Positions 1 to 9,539 are shown, numbered from the stretch's first letter. The stretch: 52,628 nucleotides of DNA from a virus (IMGVR_UViG_3300028840_002598:1-52628), one strand, 5' to 3'. Numbers and translations are program-made. The notes: generated from the letters alone by a model not told the origin.

Positions 1-144
1 AACTGGCCGCCCTGTTCGCCGATGAGCTGGGGGACGCGATCGAGCGCCTGGCCAAGGGGATCCAGCAAGCGCTCTATGACGGCGACGGCACCACGGACGC
101 CATGTTCGGCCTGTGCGCCACCGGTGGACCGCTGGATCAAACCG
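1..144. repeat. 144-bp exact terminal overlap (copy 1), indicating circularity
   Basis: 1-144 is identical to 52485-52628 and lies inside the capsid ORF; unit genome is 52,484 bp. Confidence 0.97.
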
Positions 145-731
145 GCACCTATGCCGGCGTCGACCGCTCCACCTATCCGCTGTGGGCGTCCAACGTCGAC
201 GACAACGGCGGAACCCCGCGCGCGCTGGTGGTCGATCTCATGCGCGACATGAGGACCACGGTCTATGAGGCGTGCGGGATGCCGTTCGATCTCATTCTCA
301 CCACGCCGGCCCTCCACGCCAAATATGGCAAGCTCATGGGCCAGGAGCGCCGGTGGGTCGACAACGTCCGCTTGCGCGGCGGCAAGATCACCCTGGACGC
401 CGGTTTCCACATGCTGGAATTCGACGGCGTTCCCGTGGTCCGTGACGTGGACGTGCCGGACGGCGAAATGCTGTTCCTCAACTCGCAATACCTCAAGGTT
501 TGCCAGATGCCGGACGGGATCAGCGCCGTGAATCAGTCCATGGCAATGGCGCAACTGGTGGGCTCCGAGGAGGAGCAAATGGGCGAGGGCCGCACCAAGC
601 TGGTGGCCCGGATCAACCCGCTGGGACGCGACGGCGACAAGTACAAGTTCCAGTTGATCCTGTATCCCCAGCTCAAGAACCGCCGTTGCAACGCGCACGG
701 CCGGATCAAGGATCTGGACGCCACCCTGTAG
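1..731 (+). CDS. Major capsid protein, 3' part (gene starts at 52166 and wraps; about 349 aa)
   Basis: Open frame is continuous across the overlap; HK97-fold-like features (LYDGDG, DLILTTP, LEFDGVPVVRDVDVPDGEMLFLN, C-terminal HGRIKDL); follows scaffold, precedes neck genes. Confidence 0.85.
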   Translation, partial: LAALFADELGDAIERLAKGIQQALYDGDGTTDAMFGLCATGGPLDQTGTYAGVDRSTYPLWASNVDDNGGTPRALVVDLMRDMRTTVYEACGMPFDLILTTPALHAKYGKLMGQERRWVDNVRLRGGKITLDAGFHMLEFDGVPVVRDVDVPDGEMLFLNSQYLKVCQMPDGISAVNQSMAMAQLVGSEEEQMGEGRTKLVARINPLGRDGDKYKFQLILYPQLKNRRCNAHGRIKDLDATL

Positions 732-736
732 TCCTG

Positions 737-793
737 AGATCGAGGGCCACGCCACGGGACACGGCGCGCGGCGTGGTGTGGCCCTCGCGATCT
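737..793 (+). terminator. Long hairpin after capsid stop (mRNA stabiliser or attenuator, no U-tract)
   Basis: CGAGGGCCACGCCACG (741-756) pairs with CGTGGTGTGGCCCTCG (772-787), one G-U pair. Confidence 0.55.
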
Positions 794-833
794 ACCCTGG
801 CCGCGCGCCGTGCCGACACAGGAGCGAGTCACG

Positions 834-1223
834 ATGGCCAGAATGATCAACATAAGCGGCGAGGCGCAAACCCTCACGATCGCCGGCAACCCGGGCACGC
901 GCCCGCTGGTGGTAAAACTCGAGCCCGGCCAGGACCACGATTTCGCGGACGGCTATTGTGTGCCCGTCAAGGCCGCACGCCGGACGCCGTTCCCGTCCGT
1001 GATCGAGCGCATGAGCGCACGCCGCACGGGCGGCGGCCTCCCGGAGCCCACCGTGGTGCCCGTGGGGAGCGATGCACACAAGGAATGGCTGGCGAAGCAA
1101 GGCAAGCCGGCCCCGGTGCGCAAGCGCAAGCGCAAGCCAGCGCCCCCAGCTCGCGCCCCACAGCCCGAAGCGCCGCCCCCCACCGCTGAGGTGGAGGAGT
1201 TGACGGAGGGCGAGGAGGACTAG
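834..1223 (+). CDS. Hypothetical head-associated protein with basic/Pro-rich then acidic tail
   Basis: GACACAGGAG RBS at 815-824 and ATG 834; directly after the capsid gene. Confidence 0.7.
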   Translation: MARMINISGEAQTLTIAGNPGTRPLVVKLEPGQDHDFADGYCVPVKAARRTPFPSVIERMSARRTGGGLPEPTVVPVGSDAHKEWLAKQGKPAPVRKRKRKPAPPARAPQPEAPPPTAEVEELTEGEED

Positions 1224-1226
1224 CCT

Positions 1227-1643
1227 GTGGCCCTCACGGACGAACAACGCGCGGAGGTTCGCATGTTCCTGGGGTGGACGCCCCGGTTTGGACAAACGGA
1301 CAACGCGCTGGAACGCGCCATGAACGCGATCGCCACGTTCCCCGCGGACGAATCGCTGATCACGAACGCGATCGGCGATGACCCCCCGGGCCTCCTGGCG
1401 TCCCTCAAGGACGTCGACACCAAGCTGGTGGGCGGCCACGGCCGCCTCAAGGCGGACAACGTGGGATCGATCAAGCTGAACCGGCGCGAAATGGTCCAAC
1501 TGTACCGCGAGGGCAAGCGCCTGGTGGGGCGCCTCGCGCGCGTCCTCGGTGTGGAGGTTCGCGGCGGCCCGTTCGATGGCGGCCGCGGACTCCGCGCGAG
1601 CTACTACGGGCCAGCGGCCCGCAACTACATGGCGCAGGGATGA
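1227..1643 (+). CDS. Putative head-tail adaptor
   Basis: 138 aa; position and helical composition; GAGGAGG RBS. Confidence 0.6.
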   Translation: MALTDEQRAEVRMFLGWTPRFGQTDNALERAMNAIATFPADESLITNAIGDDPPGLLASLKDVDTKLVGGHGRLKADNVGSIKLNRREMVQLYREGKRLVGRLARVLGVEVRGGPFDGGRGLRASYYGPAARNYMAQG

Positions 1644-1674
1644 TCGCGATCTTGAAACCCAACGTTTTCGGCAA

Positions 1675-1731
1675 GGGCGGCCGTTCCTGTGGTGCCTACT
1701 ACTCCAGTGTCGACCATGGGGGCGGCCGCCC
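1675..1731 (+). other. 19-bp intergenic RNA stem-loop
   Basis: GGGCGGCCGTTCCTGTGGT pairs with ACCATGGGGGCGGCCGCCC, contiguous with 4 G-U pairs. Confidence 0.6.
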
Positions 1732-1755
1732 GAACCACTAGCACGGAGCGAGCTA

Positions 1756-2049
1756 ATGAGCGTATTTCAGGACGTTGTGGGCGAGAACGCCACCGGCACG
1801 GGGAACACCGCGGCCGTTCAGTATGATCGCTTCGCCGTGGAGGCCGGCGTCCAGGTGTTCGGCACGTTCGTGGGCACCTATGACGTGGAGCTGTCGATCG
1901 ACGGGACGAATTTTTCCAAATTCGCCACCGGCAAAACCGGCCCGGAGTTTCTGGCGCTACCGGCGGCGCGCAAGTGCCGGCTGGCCGTCACCGCGTACAC
2001 CTCGGGGACGATCGAATGGCGCGTGGGAGGGGTGGCACACCCAAACTAG
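1756..2049 (+). CDS. Small beta-rich virion protein (paralog of 45715-46032)
   Basis: GGAG RBS and ATG 1756; shares FGTFVGT, TGKTGP and RLAxTA(Y/F)TSGTIE with 45715-46032. Confidence 0.75.
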   Translation: MSVFQDVVGENATGTGNTAAVQYDRFAVEAGVQVFGTFVGTYDVELSIDGTNFSKFATGKTGPEFLALPAARKCRLAVTAYTSGTIEWRVGGVAHPN

Positions 2050-2052
2050 GCC

Positions 2053-2535
2053 ATGGGCGGTTCCGCTACACTCGATCCGAACGTGCTAGTCGACTCCTTG
2101 GTTGACGAGGTGATCGACGGGTTGCGCGAGGATCTACACCCGGCGTTCGGCGTGCGCGCTTATCGCACGTTCACCGTTCGCCGTGACTGGTCCGGCGCGA
2201 TCGCCGGCCAGGGCCAGGCCACGGAAACCGTGGTGGAGCTGAGGCCACAACCGCGCGTCCTGATCTGGGACGGGCTCCGCTATTCAATGGAGCCATGCGG
2301 CCTAGATGAGGCCGGGGAGATCCGGCTCACCGAGGTTTCCTTCACCTACACCCAGGCGGAACTGGACGGCGGCGGCGATCTCCCCTCCACCTCCGAATGG
2401 CTGATCCGAATCGATGAGGCCCACGGCCAGGAGCAACGATCGCGCTACTACCAGCACACGCGCCCACCGTTCGCGGACCGTGAAAAGGACATGGGGTTCG
2501 TGCTGTTTTTGCGCGCTGTATCGGAGGCGTTCTAG
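2053..2535 (+). CDS. Putative head-closure (stopper) protein
   Basis: 160 aa beta-rich ORF in neck-gene position. Confidence 0.55.
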   Translation: MGGSATLDPNVLVDSLVDEVIDGLREDLHPAFGVRAYRTFTVRRDWSGAIAGQGQATETVVELRPQPRVLIWDGLRYSMEPCGLDEAGEIRLTEVSFTYTQAELDGGGDLPSTSEWLIRIDEAHGQEQRSRYYQHTRPPFADREKDMGFVLFLRAVSEAF

Positions 2536-3161
2536 TGCCGGCCGCCAGCAACCCGATCAGGACCACGCCGGGAAAGCTAGGCGCGCTCCTCCGGCGCCGT
2601 GACAACGCGGCACGCAAGGCCGTTCAGCGCGCTACGCTCCGAGGCGCGGCCCGCGGCAAGGCGCTCCTGGCGCGCGTGAGTCCCACCGATCTGGGCCAGC
2701 TCCGATCGAGCTGGGAGATCAAGCGCACAGGCATGGGGATCAGCGGGACGGCCGCGGCGTTCACCCGCTCCGGCACGCTTGCCGTTCTCCAGAACAATGC
2801 GCCCCACGCGGGGATCGTGGAGCTTGGCGCACGGCCCCACCCGGTGAGCTGGGAGGGGTTCGAGGCAATCTATTTCTGGGTGTACCGCCATCGCCACTAT
2901 TTCGGCATGGTGACGAAATCCGGGCGCCGCAAGCGCGTCGACGCCAAGGGCTGGCAATCGTCCGGCCGAAGCGGCGGCGAGGTGTGGGAGGAGAACCCCG
3001 AGATCGCATCGATCGCGCGCGGCATCATTTGGAAGCTCGCCCGCGAGGGCCAGAAGCCTACCTATTTCGTCCAGTCCAAGCTGGACTTTCTCCAGGACTA
3101 CGTGGCGATCGAATTCGTCCGGCTCCTCAAAAAGCTGGCGCGCCAGAAGGATCCCAAGTAA
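2535..3161 (+). CDS. HK97 gp10-like neck/tail-completion protein
   Basis: SPTDLGQLRSSW and NNAPHAGIVELG motifs typical of the family; basic. Confidence 0.7.
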   Translation: MPAASNPIRTTPGKLGALLRRRDNAARKAVQRATLRGAARGKALLARVSPTDLGQLRSSWEIKRTGMGISGTAAAFTRSGTLAVLQNNAPHAGIVELGARPHPVSWEGFEAIYFWVYRHRHYFGMVTKSGRRKRVDAKGWQSSGRSGGEVWEENPEIASIARGIIWKLAREGQKPTYFVQSKLDFLQDYVAIEFVRLLKKLARQKDPK

Positions 3162-3775
3162 TGGCGATCGTTCGGCTAGAGGCGCTCAAGCAACTGTCCA
3201 AGGCGATCACGTGCGCCGTGCCGGCGCTCAAGGATCGGATCTGTGTGGGCCAGGCCCCCAGCTCGCGGGAGATGCGCTGGCCCTCGCTGGCGATCATCCC
3301 GGTGCGCTGGCGCTACTTCCCCGATCAGGCGCTCGAACACTCGGACCCGGCGCCGGACCGCGTGATCATGAACGTGGGCCGGCATGAGTCCACGATCCAG
3401 CTCCGGCTGGGGGCGTCCACCCTGTTCGAGCGCATGGAGCTGGAACAGGAGATCAGCAACCTGTTTCTGGAAACGCCACTCCACCCGGGCGTCCTCCTCA
3501 CGGACGTGACGGCGTGCCCCCTCGAATTCCGCGCGGCCTGGGAGCTGGAGGAGGACGAATGGCGCAATGAGCTGGCGTTTGACAAAGCCTACTTCTCGAT
3601 CACCCAGCTAACTGGAATCATCCCGGCCCTGGTCACGCGCCTGGACGCCTGGACGATCGATCAACTGCAACTCGGCGTTGCCCTTGGCGACGATTTTGGA
3701 TCCGCAACGTTCGGGCCGCCTGGCGTGGAGGTGGTCCTCATAGCTGAGGACGGGACGATCACGCCCTCCCCATGA
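3161..3775 (+). CDS. Putative tail terminator
   Basis: ATG overlaps the previous TAA; immediately upstream of the sheath gene. Confidence 0.55.
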   Translation: MAIVRLEALKQLSKAITCAVPALKDRICVGQAPSSREMRWPSLAIIPVRWRYFPDQALEHSDPAPDRVIMNVGRHESTIQLRLGASTLFERMELEQEISNLFLETPLHPGVLLTDVTACPLEFRAAWELEEDEWRNELAFDKAYFSITQLTGIIPALVTRLDAWTIDQLQLGVALGDDFGSATFGPPGVEVVLIAEDGTITPSP

Positions 3776-3797
3776 CCACAAACCAGGAGCGATCACC

Positions 3798-5351
3798 ATG
3801 GCGCAGGATGTCTATTTCACCTCGAACCCGGCCGAATTCACCCAGGTGGAGGGCCTCTATGTAGTCGAGAAAGATCCGCCCGGATTCATTCAGGGCGCGG
3901 ATCTTGGTGCCACCGGCATCGCGGGGATCTGTGTCCGCGGCCCGTCCACGGTTCAGTGGATTTCGTCGACGGCGCGCTTCCTGGAGGTGTACGGCGGCCG
4001 CGATCGTGGCTCCGGTGGCGCGCTGGTGGGCGAGGTGTGGCGCTCGCTCCTCAATAAGCGATTCGGATCGCTGTACATCCGGCGCGTGATCGCAACGGAC
4101 GCGGACACCGGCCACGTCCACGTGGAGGAGGGCGTCGACGGCGCCGGAACCGAGGTGCTGAAAGTCGCCGCCAGCTCCCCGGGCGACTGGGCGGCGGACG
4201 TGGGTTGGAAGGTTGAGGACGCCTCGGACGGGGACGCCAATCACTTCAACCTGGTGGTGCGCTACCTGGGGGAAACCGTCACCTACGAAAACCTGAACAT
4301 TAAAACGGCCAGCGATGACAACCTGGCCGAGGTGATCGGGGATGACGTGGCCAACTGGGTGACCGTCACCAAGCTGGCGGACGGCCGCCCGGCGAACAAT
4401 TCCACGGTGACGGAAACCGATTTCGTGGCCGCGCGGGACGCGGACGATTTCGTCCAGATCGCGGCCATCGGCGCGGCCTACACCACGAACGTGGGCGATG
4501 ACGGGACCGCGGTTTCCGCGGACTACATCTCCGCGATCACCGATCTGGCCTACACTCCAGGCCCCTATTGCTGTTTCGTCGCTGGCGCCTCCGTGGACCA
4601 GAACGCCCTCAACGGGACGCTGGTCACCCTGGCGCCGCTGGTGGCGGACAAGGCGTTCCTGACGTGGAGCGGAACCCACGGCCAGGTGGTGGCCACCGAG
4701 AGCGCGAACAAGGGGACGGACATCACCACGGCCTCCGGGCGGATCTGGTGGTGCTTCAACTCCGCTTACACTCTGGACCCGGAAACGGGCCTGGAGATCC
4801 AAGTCCCGCCACACGAATGGATGGCCGGCATCTGTTCGCAAACGGACGTCGACGTCCACCCGGGCGATCGGGCCAATGCGCAATACTGCGCCGGCATCCG
4901 GCGCCTGGCGAACGAAACCCTGACCAGGGCGGACCTGGTGGCGCTCCGCGCCGCTGGCATCTCCACCCTGGAGAAGCTACCGGACGGCGCGTTCCTGTTC
5001 CGCTCCGCGGTGGTCACGGACACCACCACCGGCAAAACCGAGATCGCCCGGCGCCGGAGCGCGGACTATCTGATCCTCAGCGCCTCGGACCGGCTCCGCT
5101 ACTACGTGAAAAGCAAGAACACGCTGGAGAACCGGGCACAGATGGCCGGCGAGCTGGTGGCGTTCTCCAATGCCCTCAAGGACGCATCGCGCATCATTGA
5201 GGATTTCGCGATCGATCAGTCCATGAACACGGACGCGAGCCGGGGCCAGGGCATCGAGAAAATTCGGTGGGACGTTCGGCTGATCGGCCACATGCTCCAC
5301 CTGATCCTCGAAAGCACGATCGGGACCACGGTCACGATCGAGGAGTCATAG
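3798..5351 (+). CDS. Tail sheath protein
   Basis: 517 aa; GLYVVE, GICVRGP, ASSPGDW, PPHEWMAG, RRRSADY; AGGAG RBS. Confidence 0.9.
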   Translation: MAQDVYFTSNPAEFTQVEGLYVVEKDPPGFIQGADLGATGIAGICVRGPSTVQWISSTARFLEVYGGRDRGSGGALVGEVWRSLLNKRFGSLYIRRVIATDADTGHVHVEEGVDGAGTEVLKVAASSPGDWAADVGWKVEDASDGDANHFNLVVRYLGETVTYENLNIKTASDDNLAEVIGDDVANWVTVTKLADGRPANNSTVTETDFVAARDADDFVQIAAIGAAYTTNVGDDGTAVSADYISAITDLAYTPGPYCCFVAGASVDQNALNGTLVTLAPLVADKAFLTWSGTHGQVVATESANKGTDITTASGRIWWCFNSAYTLDPETGLEIQVPPHEWMAGICSQTDVDVHPGDRANAQYCAGIRRLANETLTRADLVALRAAGISTLEKLPDGAFLFRSAVVTDTTTGKTEIARRRSADYLILSASDRLRYYVKSKNTLENRAQMAGELVAFSNALKDASRIIEDFAIDQSMNTDASRGQGIEKIRWDVRLIGHMLHLILESTIGTTVTIEES

Positions 5352-5404
5352 GAACCGGGCCGCCTCACCGCGCAACCGCCAACGTCAACCGATAGGAGCA
5401 CGCC

Positions 5405-5848
5405 ATGTCGCTGAGAATTCGAGGCCAGGAAGTAACCATGAGGGTTGCTGTGGACGGCCAGATCCAGGAGGGGAGCTTTTTCAAAGCTACCGATTTCACC
5501 CTGACCGAACGCGGGGATCTCATGGAGGAGGATTTCCTGGGGGAGCTGGAGTCCGATCTGGACTTTCAGCACCACGGCTATGATCTGAGTTTCACGGTCC
5601 AGCACCAGGACCGCAAGGTGATCGATTTCCTCCAAACGATCGTAAGCCGCGAGGCGAACCAGCAAGCGCACCCGGCGATCACGATCACCGTGATCTATGC
5701 CTACCGCGAGCGCGGCGAAACGCCGGCGATCCACGTCCTCCAGGAGGTGTTCCTCCGGCCCACGGAGATCTCATTCGGTGGGCGCAAGGAATACGTGTCC
5801 ACGCCGTTCGAGGGCAAGTGCAAAAAAGCCTTGCCCATGTCCGCCTAG
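5405..5848 (+). CDS. Tail tube protein
   Basis: 147 aa beta-rich ORF directly after the sheath. Confidence 0.8.
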   Translation: MSLRIRGQEVTMRVAVDGQIQEGSFFKATDFTLTERGDLMEEDFLGELESDLDFQHHGYDLSFTVQHQDRKVIDFLQTIVSREANQQAHPAITITVIYAYRERGETPAIHVLQEVFLRPTEISFGGRKEYVSTPFEGKCKKALPMSA

Positions 5849-5890
5849 CAGGCTCGAGCCCGCTAGCAACCACCAGACACAGGAGTGATC
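5845..5890 (+). promoter_or_regulatory. Composite intergenic element CTAGCAGGCTCGAGCCCGCTAG plus CCACCAGACACAGGAGTGATC
   Basis: 17-bp identity with 41185-41201; 21-bp identity with 20558-20578. Confidence 0.7.
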
Positions 5891-5893
5891 GAA

Positions 5894-6304
5894 ATGAGCA
5901 ACGCACCAAGACTGATCAAGCGCTATCCCCTCCCAGAGTATTGCGACTGTCGGGAGGTGGTCATGCGCGAACTGGAGGCCAAGGACGATATCCAGTCCGC
6001 GATCTGGGCGGACCAGAACGCCTCCAGCGCCCTCAAGGGCTCCGCGATCGCGGCGATCCAGGCGGACAAGCGGGAGTCCATTCGCTGTTCCCTGGTGGAG
6101 GTTGACGGCGAACCGGTGAACCTGGACGGCGTTCCTTTCATGGCCATGGACTCCTGGTCCCACCGGACCCTGATCTACATCGAAGCGTTTTTCAACGATC
6201 TGAATGGCGTAGAAATGGAGGACGTAAAAAAGGCGGTAGCGGGGGGCGCGATCGTGACCGCGACTCCCCGCGCGGAAAGCGCCGATCAGCCTACCGGCGA
6301 GTAA
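5894..6304 (+). CDS. Tail assembly chaperone (gpG-like)
   Basis: Between tube and tape measure; contains the A AAA AAG slippery site at 6226-6232. Confidence 0.8.
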   Translation: MSNAPRLIKRYPLPEYCDCREVVMRELEAKDDIQSAIWADQNASSALKGSAIAAIQADKRESIRCSLVEVDGEPVNLDGVPFMAMDSWSHRTLIYIEAFFNDLNGVEMEDVKKAVAGGAIVTATPRAESADQPTGE

Positions 6305-6501
6305 CACAGCGCCTCATGGCGGAATTCGTCCGGTGTGGTTGGCACGCGGACGGGATGCCATGGGGGACGTATCTCACCCTCACGCTGAACGAACGCTGGG
6401 CGCTACACCGAGGAATAGATGACCTGATCGAACGGACGGCGCCCGATGACGGAGGCGCCGGACTTGGCTCCCTGGCCCGGCCCAAGCGCTGGCGAAAGTA
6501 G
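6226..6501 (+). CDS. -1 frameshift extension of the chaperone (gpGT-like)
   Basis: The -1 frame is open from the in-frame A AAA AAG heptamer through ORF 6316-6501, ending just before the tape measure. Confidence 0.75.
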   Translation, partial: KKGGSGGRDRDRDSPRGKRRSAYRRVTQRLMAEFVRCGWHADGMPWGTYLTLTLNERWALHRGIDDLIERTAPDDGGAGLGSLARPKRWRK

Positions 6502-6504
6502 GAC

Positions 6505-8427
6505 ATGGCCCAGACAACGCTCTATGATATTCGCCTCCGCTACCAAATGGAGGACCGCGCCACGCGGCCCATGCGGGCCATGTCCCAGCAAGTTGAGCGG
6601 ACGGCGAAGTCCTCGCGGTTGCTGTCCTCCGCGTGGGGCAAGATCGGCGCGGCCGCTGGCGCTTACTTCGGGGTTCGCGCCGGGGCGAAACACCTGATCG
6701 GGTTCAACGCCTCCATGGAACAGGCCAAGATCCAAATGGCCGGCATGGTGTCCCTGACCACAAAAAAGGGCTGGACGGAATCCATGGGCGAGGCCACCGC
6801 GCTGGTGGATCGCCTCCAGGAGCGCGCCAAAAAGTCCGTGGGCACCACCAAGGACATGGTGGACATGTCCTCGCTGATCGTGAGGCCGATCAGCCAAGCC
6901 GGCCTTGGAATGCAAGATCTTGAGGATCTCACCGCCGGCGCCGTGGTGGCCGCGCGCGCGTTCGGCATGGAGGCGGACGTGGCCGCCCGGGACATCGAAT
7001 CCGTGCTAATGGGCCGCGTGCGCTCCGTGGACCTGTTCGCCCGCGCCCTCCTCGAACCCATGGGGATGATCGGGGACAAGGGCCGCGAGGCGTTCAACGC
7101 CATGAGCGCCCAGCAACGCGCCATGTATCTGAAAAGCGCGCTCACCAGCGAAGCGATCACGAACATGGCCAAGGCGCAGGAAAACTCATTCTCCGGCGTC
7201 TATTCCACGTTTCAGGACAACCTCCAGATCTTTCTGGGCAAGGTTGGCCTCCCCCTGTTCCGCGCCCTCACCGGCGAGATCCGATCGTGGAACGTGTGGA
7301 TCCACGCGAACGCCGATCGCGTGGAGGAGATGTCCCAGAAGCTCGCCAAGGGCCTCGCGTCGATCTTCGGGCTCCTCCGGGACGTGGCCGGTTTCTTTGT
7401 GAACCACGCGGATACGCTCCTCCTGGTGGCCAAGGGGTTTGCCGCGTACAAACTAGGCACGATGGCCGGGGGCCTGGTGGGCCAGGTAGGAGGGCTAACC
7501 GGGCGCCTCACGCGGCGAGCTGGCGCCGGGCTCCTCATGGGCAACATGAACAAGGCCGGTTTGTCCGTGGCCAAGTTCGGAGCCGGCATCGCCACGGCCG
7601 CGGGCGCGGTTGCCAAGTACGCGGGCGCCGTGGGTGTGGCCTACGTGGCAATGAAAGGGCTCTATGACTGGTGGCGCTCCGCGGAGAACAAGCGCCGCGC
7701 TGAGGAGCGGAAGCGAATTCAAAAGGGCCAGGAGGTAATGGAGCGCGTTAGCGTTCCCAAGCTGGGGGAAAGTATCGCAACCTACGGCGCCGGCATGAGC
7801 GAGCTGGAGAAGCTCGCGGCGAAACGCGAGGCGGTGGGGTTCTTTGGGGCCAGGGCCGGAACGCCGGAACACATGAAAGCGTTTCGCGCGGAGAATGAGG
7901 AGCAATACCTCCGCGAGGTGCAACTGGCCACCACGCTGGGGGGCAAGGCCGGCGAGATCCGCGGCATGTACAAACAGATCGCCGAATACGCCCAGCAAAC
8001 CGGCCTCAGCCCCACAAACCTGGCCGAATTCAAAGCGTCCGATTTCAAGGGATACGCTCAACAGATCGCCACCAAGGAGGGCGTTCTGGAACAGGAATTC
8101 GCCGTCCAGTCTATCGAGTCCGCGCTACAGCGCCTTAACATGGAGATGGCGAACAGCACGGACCGCGCCGGGGACTTCGCGCGCATGTTGCAGGGGACCT
8201 ACCTCCCCAGCGTTCTGGCGTCCGCCATGGAAACGCACCGGGCCGCCGGCCAGGAGGGACCGTCCACGGCGTTGCCACCGATCGGAGGAGCTGGCAAGCC
8301 TCCCAAGATCAACGTGACGATCCACCGAATCGAGGCGAAGTCCGAGGACCCGGATCGATTCGTGTTCGATCTCGCGCGCACGTTCGAGGACGTGGCGCGG
8401 ACCGGAAGCTACAGGGGAGGCCCGTAA
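6505..8427 (+). CDS. Tape measure protein
   Basis: 640 aa Ala/Gly-rich helical protein with hydrophobic central segments; canonical position. Confidence 0.88.
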   Translation: MAQTTLYDIRLRYQMEDRATRPMRAMSQQVERTAKSSRLLSSAWGKIGAAAGAYFGVRAGAKHLIGFNASMEQAKIQMAGMVSLTTKKGWTESMGEATALVDRLQERAKKSVGTTKDMVDMSSLIVRPISQAGLGMQDLEDLTAGAVVAARAFGMEADVAARDIESVLMGRVRSVDLFARALLEPMGMIGDKGREAFNAMSAQQRAMYLKSALTSEAITNMAKAQENSFSGVYSTFQDNLQIFLGKVGLPLFRALTGEIRSWNVWIHANADRVEEMSQKLAKGLASIFGLLRDVAGFFVNHADTLLLVAKGFAAYKLGTMAGGLVGQVGGLTGRLTRRAGAGLLMGNMNKAGLSVAKFGAGIATAAGAVAKYAGAVGVAYVAMKGLYDWWRSAENKRRAEERKRIQKGQEVMERVSVPKLGESIATYGAGMSELEKLAAKREAVGFFGARAGTPEHMKAFRAENEEQYLREVQLATTLGGKAGEIRGMYKQIAEYAQQTGLSPTNLAEFKASDFKGYAQQIATKEGVLEQEFAVQSIESALQRLNMEMANSTDRAGDFARMLQGTYLPSVLASAMETHRAAGQEGPSTALPPIGGAGKPPKINVTIHRIEAKSEDPDRFVFDLARTFEDVARTGSYRGGP

Positions 8428-8428
8428 C

Positions 8429-9538
8429 GTGTCCAGCGCCGGCGCATTCACGATCCAGGAGATAGGACGGATCGGACGCAAAACCGGAGGGCGGCCGGAT
8501 GGCGGCCCGTCCGCCTCATTCGAGTGGGTGTCCGATCGAACGCCGCCGGACCCGGCAAAGGGCGGCGCGCGCGCGTGCCCCCTCGCGCCGTGGAACATGG
8601 GCGGCACCATGCGGCACGTGCGAACCGACTACAGCGGATCGCGCACGCCGTCCGTTCAAGTCCTTGGCCCCAGGAAAAAGGCCCAGACGTTCCGCGGCCG
8701 CTGGGATGATCGTTACAATTTCGCCGGCTACGCGGCCGGGGAAATGCGGCGGTTCGAGGCCATGTGCGAGCGCGGGAACCTGGTCCGGATCCAGTTCCAG
8801 GGCCAGGCGTTCGAGGGCCAGATCACGGACTGGGATTTCCCCTACCGGCGAGCCTGGTACATCGAATACACGTTCACGTTTGATCCCCACGTGCGAGCGG
8901 GGGAGGCGAACATGGACGATCGTTCGCCCACCACCACCGTGTCCACTCAGCAAGCGTTCGATGATCTGGACTTCCTGGTGGACACGATCCTGGACGCACA
9001 GGACTACGCGCCGCGCACGGCCGTTGCCGGGGATGTCATGGACACCGTGGACGCCTCGCTGGCCTCCATGAGCGCGAGCCGGGACGCCATCGGGGACACC
9101 CTCGATCAGCGTGAGTTGATCAAGGAGGACGTGAGGCCGATCGAGGCGTTCACCAGGATGGCCACGCAATTCCGGCAAGCCCAGAATGACGCGCTTTCGA
9201 TCCTGGACGATCTCACCGCCGTGCGATCGGACCTGGACCTGGCGCACAGGACGGCCATGTCCGTGCTGGCGTTCGAGGACTGGTCACGATCGATCCGGTT
9301 CCGGGCTCGCGTTGCGCTGGGCACCTCGCGCGCGGCGGCGCTTGGCGTGGAGGAGCGTTCGGACCCGAACGCGCTCGCGCTGTACCGTCCCCACCGCGGG
9401 GAATCGCTTATGAAGATCTCGCGGCGGTTCTACGGGACGCCGCATTGCTGGGGCCTGATCGCCGAACGGAACGCGCTCACCACGATGGCGCTCACCGGGG
9501 ACGAATTGCTGATCATCCCGGAGCGGGGGACCGGCTAG
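8429..9538 (+). CDS. Tail tube initiator/baseplate protein with C-terminal LysM-like domain
   Basis: C-terminal GESLMKISRRFYG..WGLIAERN..LIIP; follows tape measure. Confidence 0.75.
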   Translation: MSSAGAFTIQEIGRIGRKTGGRPDGGPSASFEWVSDRTPPDPAKGGARACPLAPWNMGGTMRHVRTDYSGSRTPSVQVLGPRKKAQTFRGRWDDRYNFAGYAAGEMRRFEAMCERGNLVRIQFQGQAFEGQITDWDFPYRRAWYIEYTFTFDPHVRAGEANMDDRSPTTTVSTQQAFDDLDFLVDTILDAQDYAPRTAVAGDVMDTVDASLASMSASRDAIGDTLDQRELIKEDVRPIEAFTRMATQFRQAQNDALSILDDLTAVRSDLDLAHRTAMSVLAFEDWSRSIRFRARVALGTSRAAALGVEERSDPNALALYRPHRGESLMKISRRFYGTPHCWGLIAERNALTTMALTGDELLIIPERGTG

Positions 9539-9539
9539 G

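Noticed and set aside
1-144. Terminal repeat as a biological direct terminal repeat
   Set aside because: It falls in the middle of the capsid gene, so it is best explained as assembly overlap of a circular or permuted genome
834-1223. KRKRK as a eukaryotic nuclear localisation signal
   Set aside because: Lysis genes and SD-led operons show a bacterial host; kept only as a basic-tag observation
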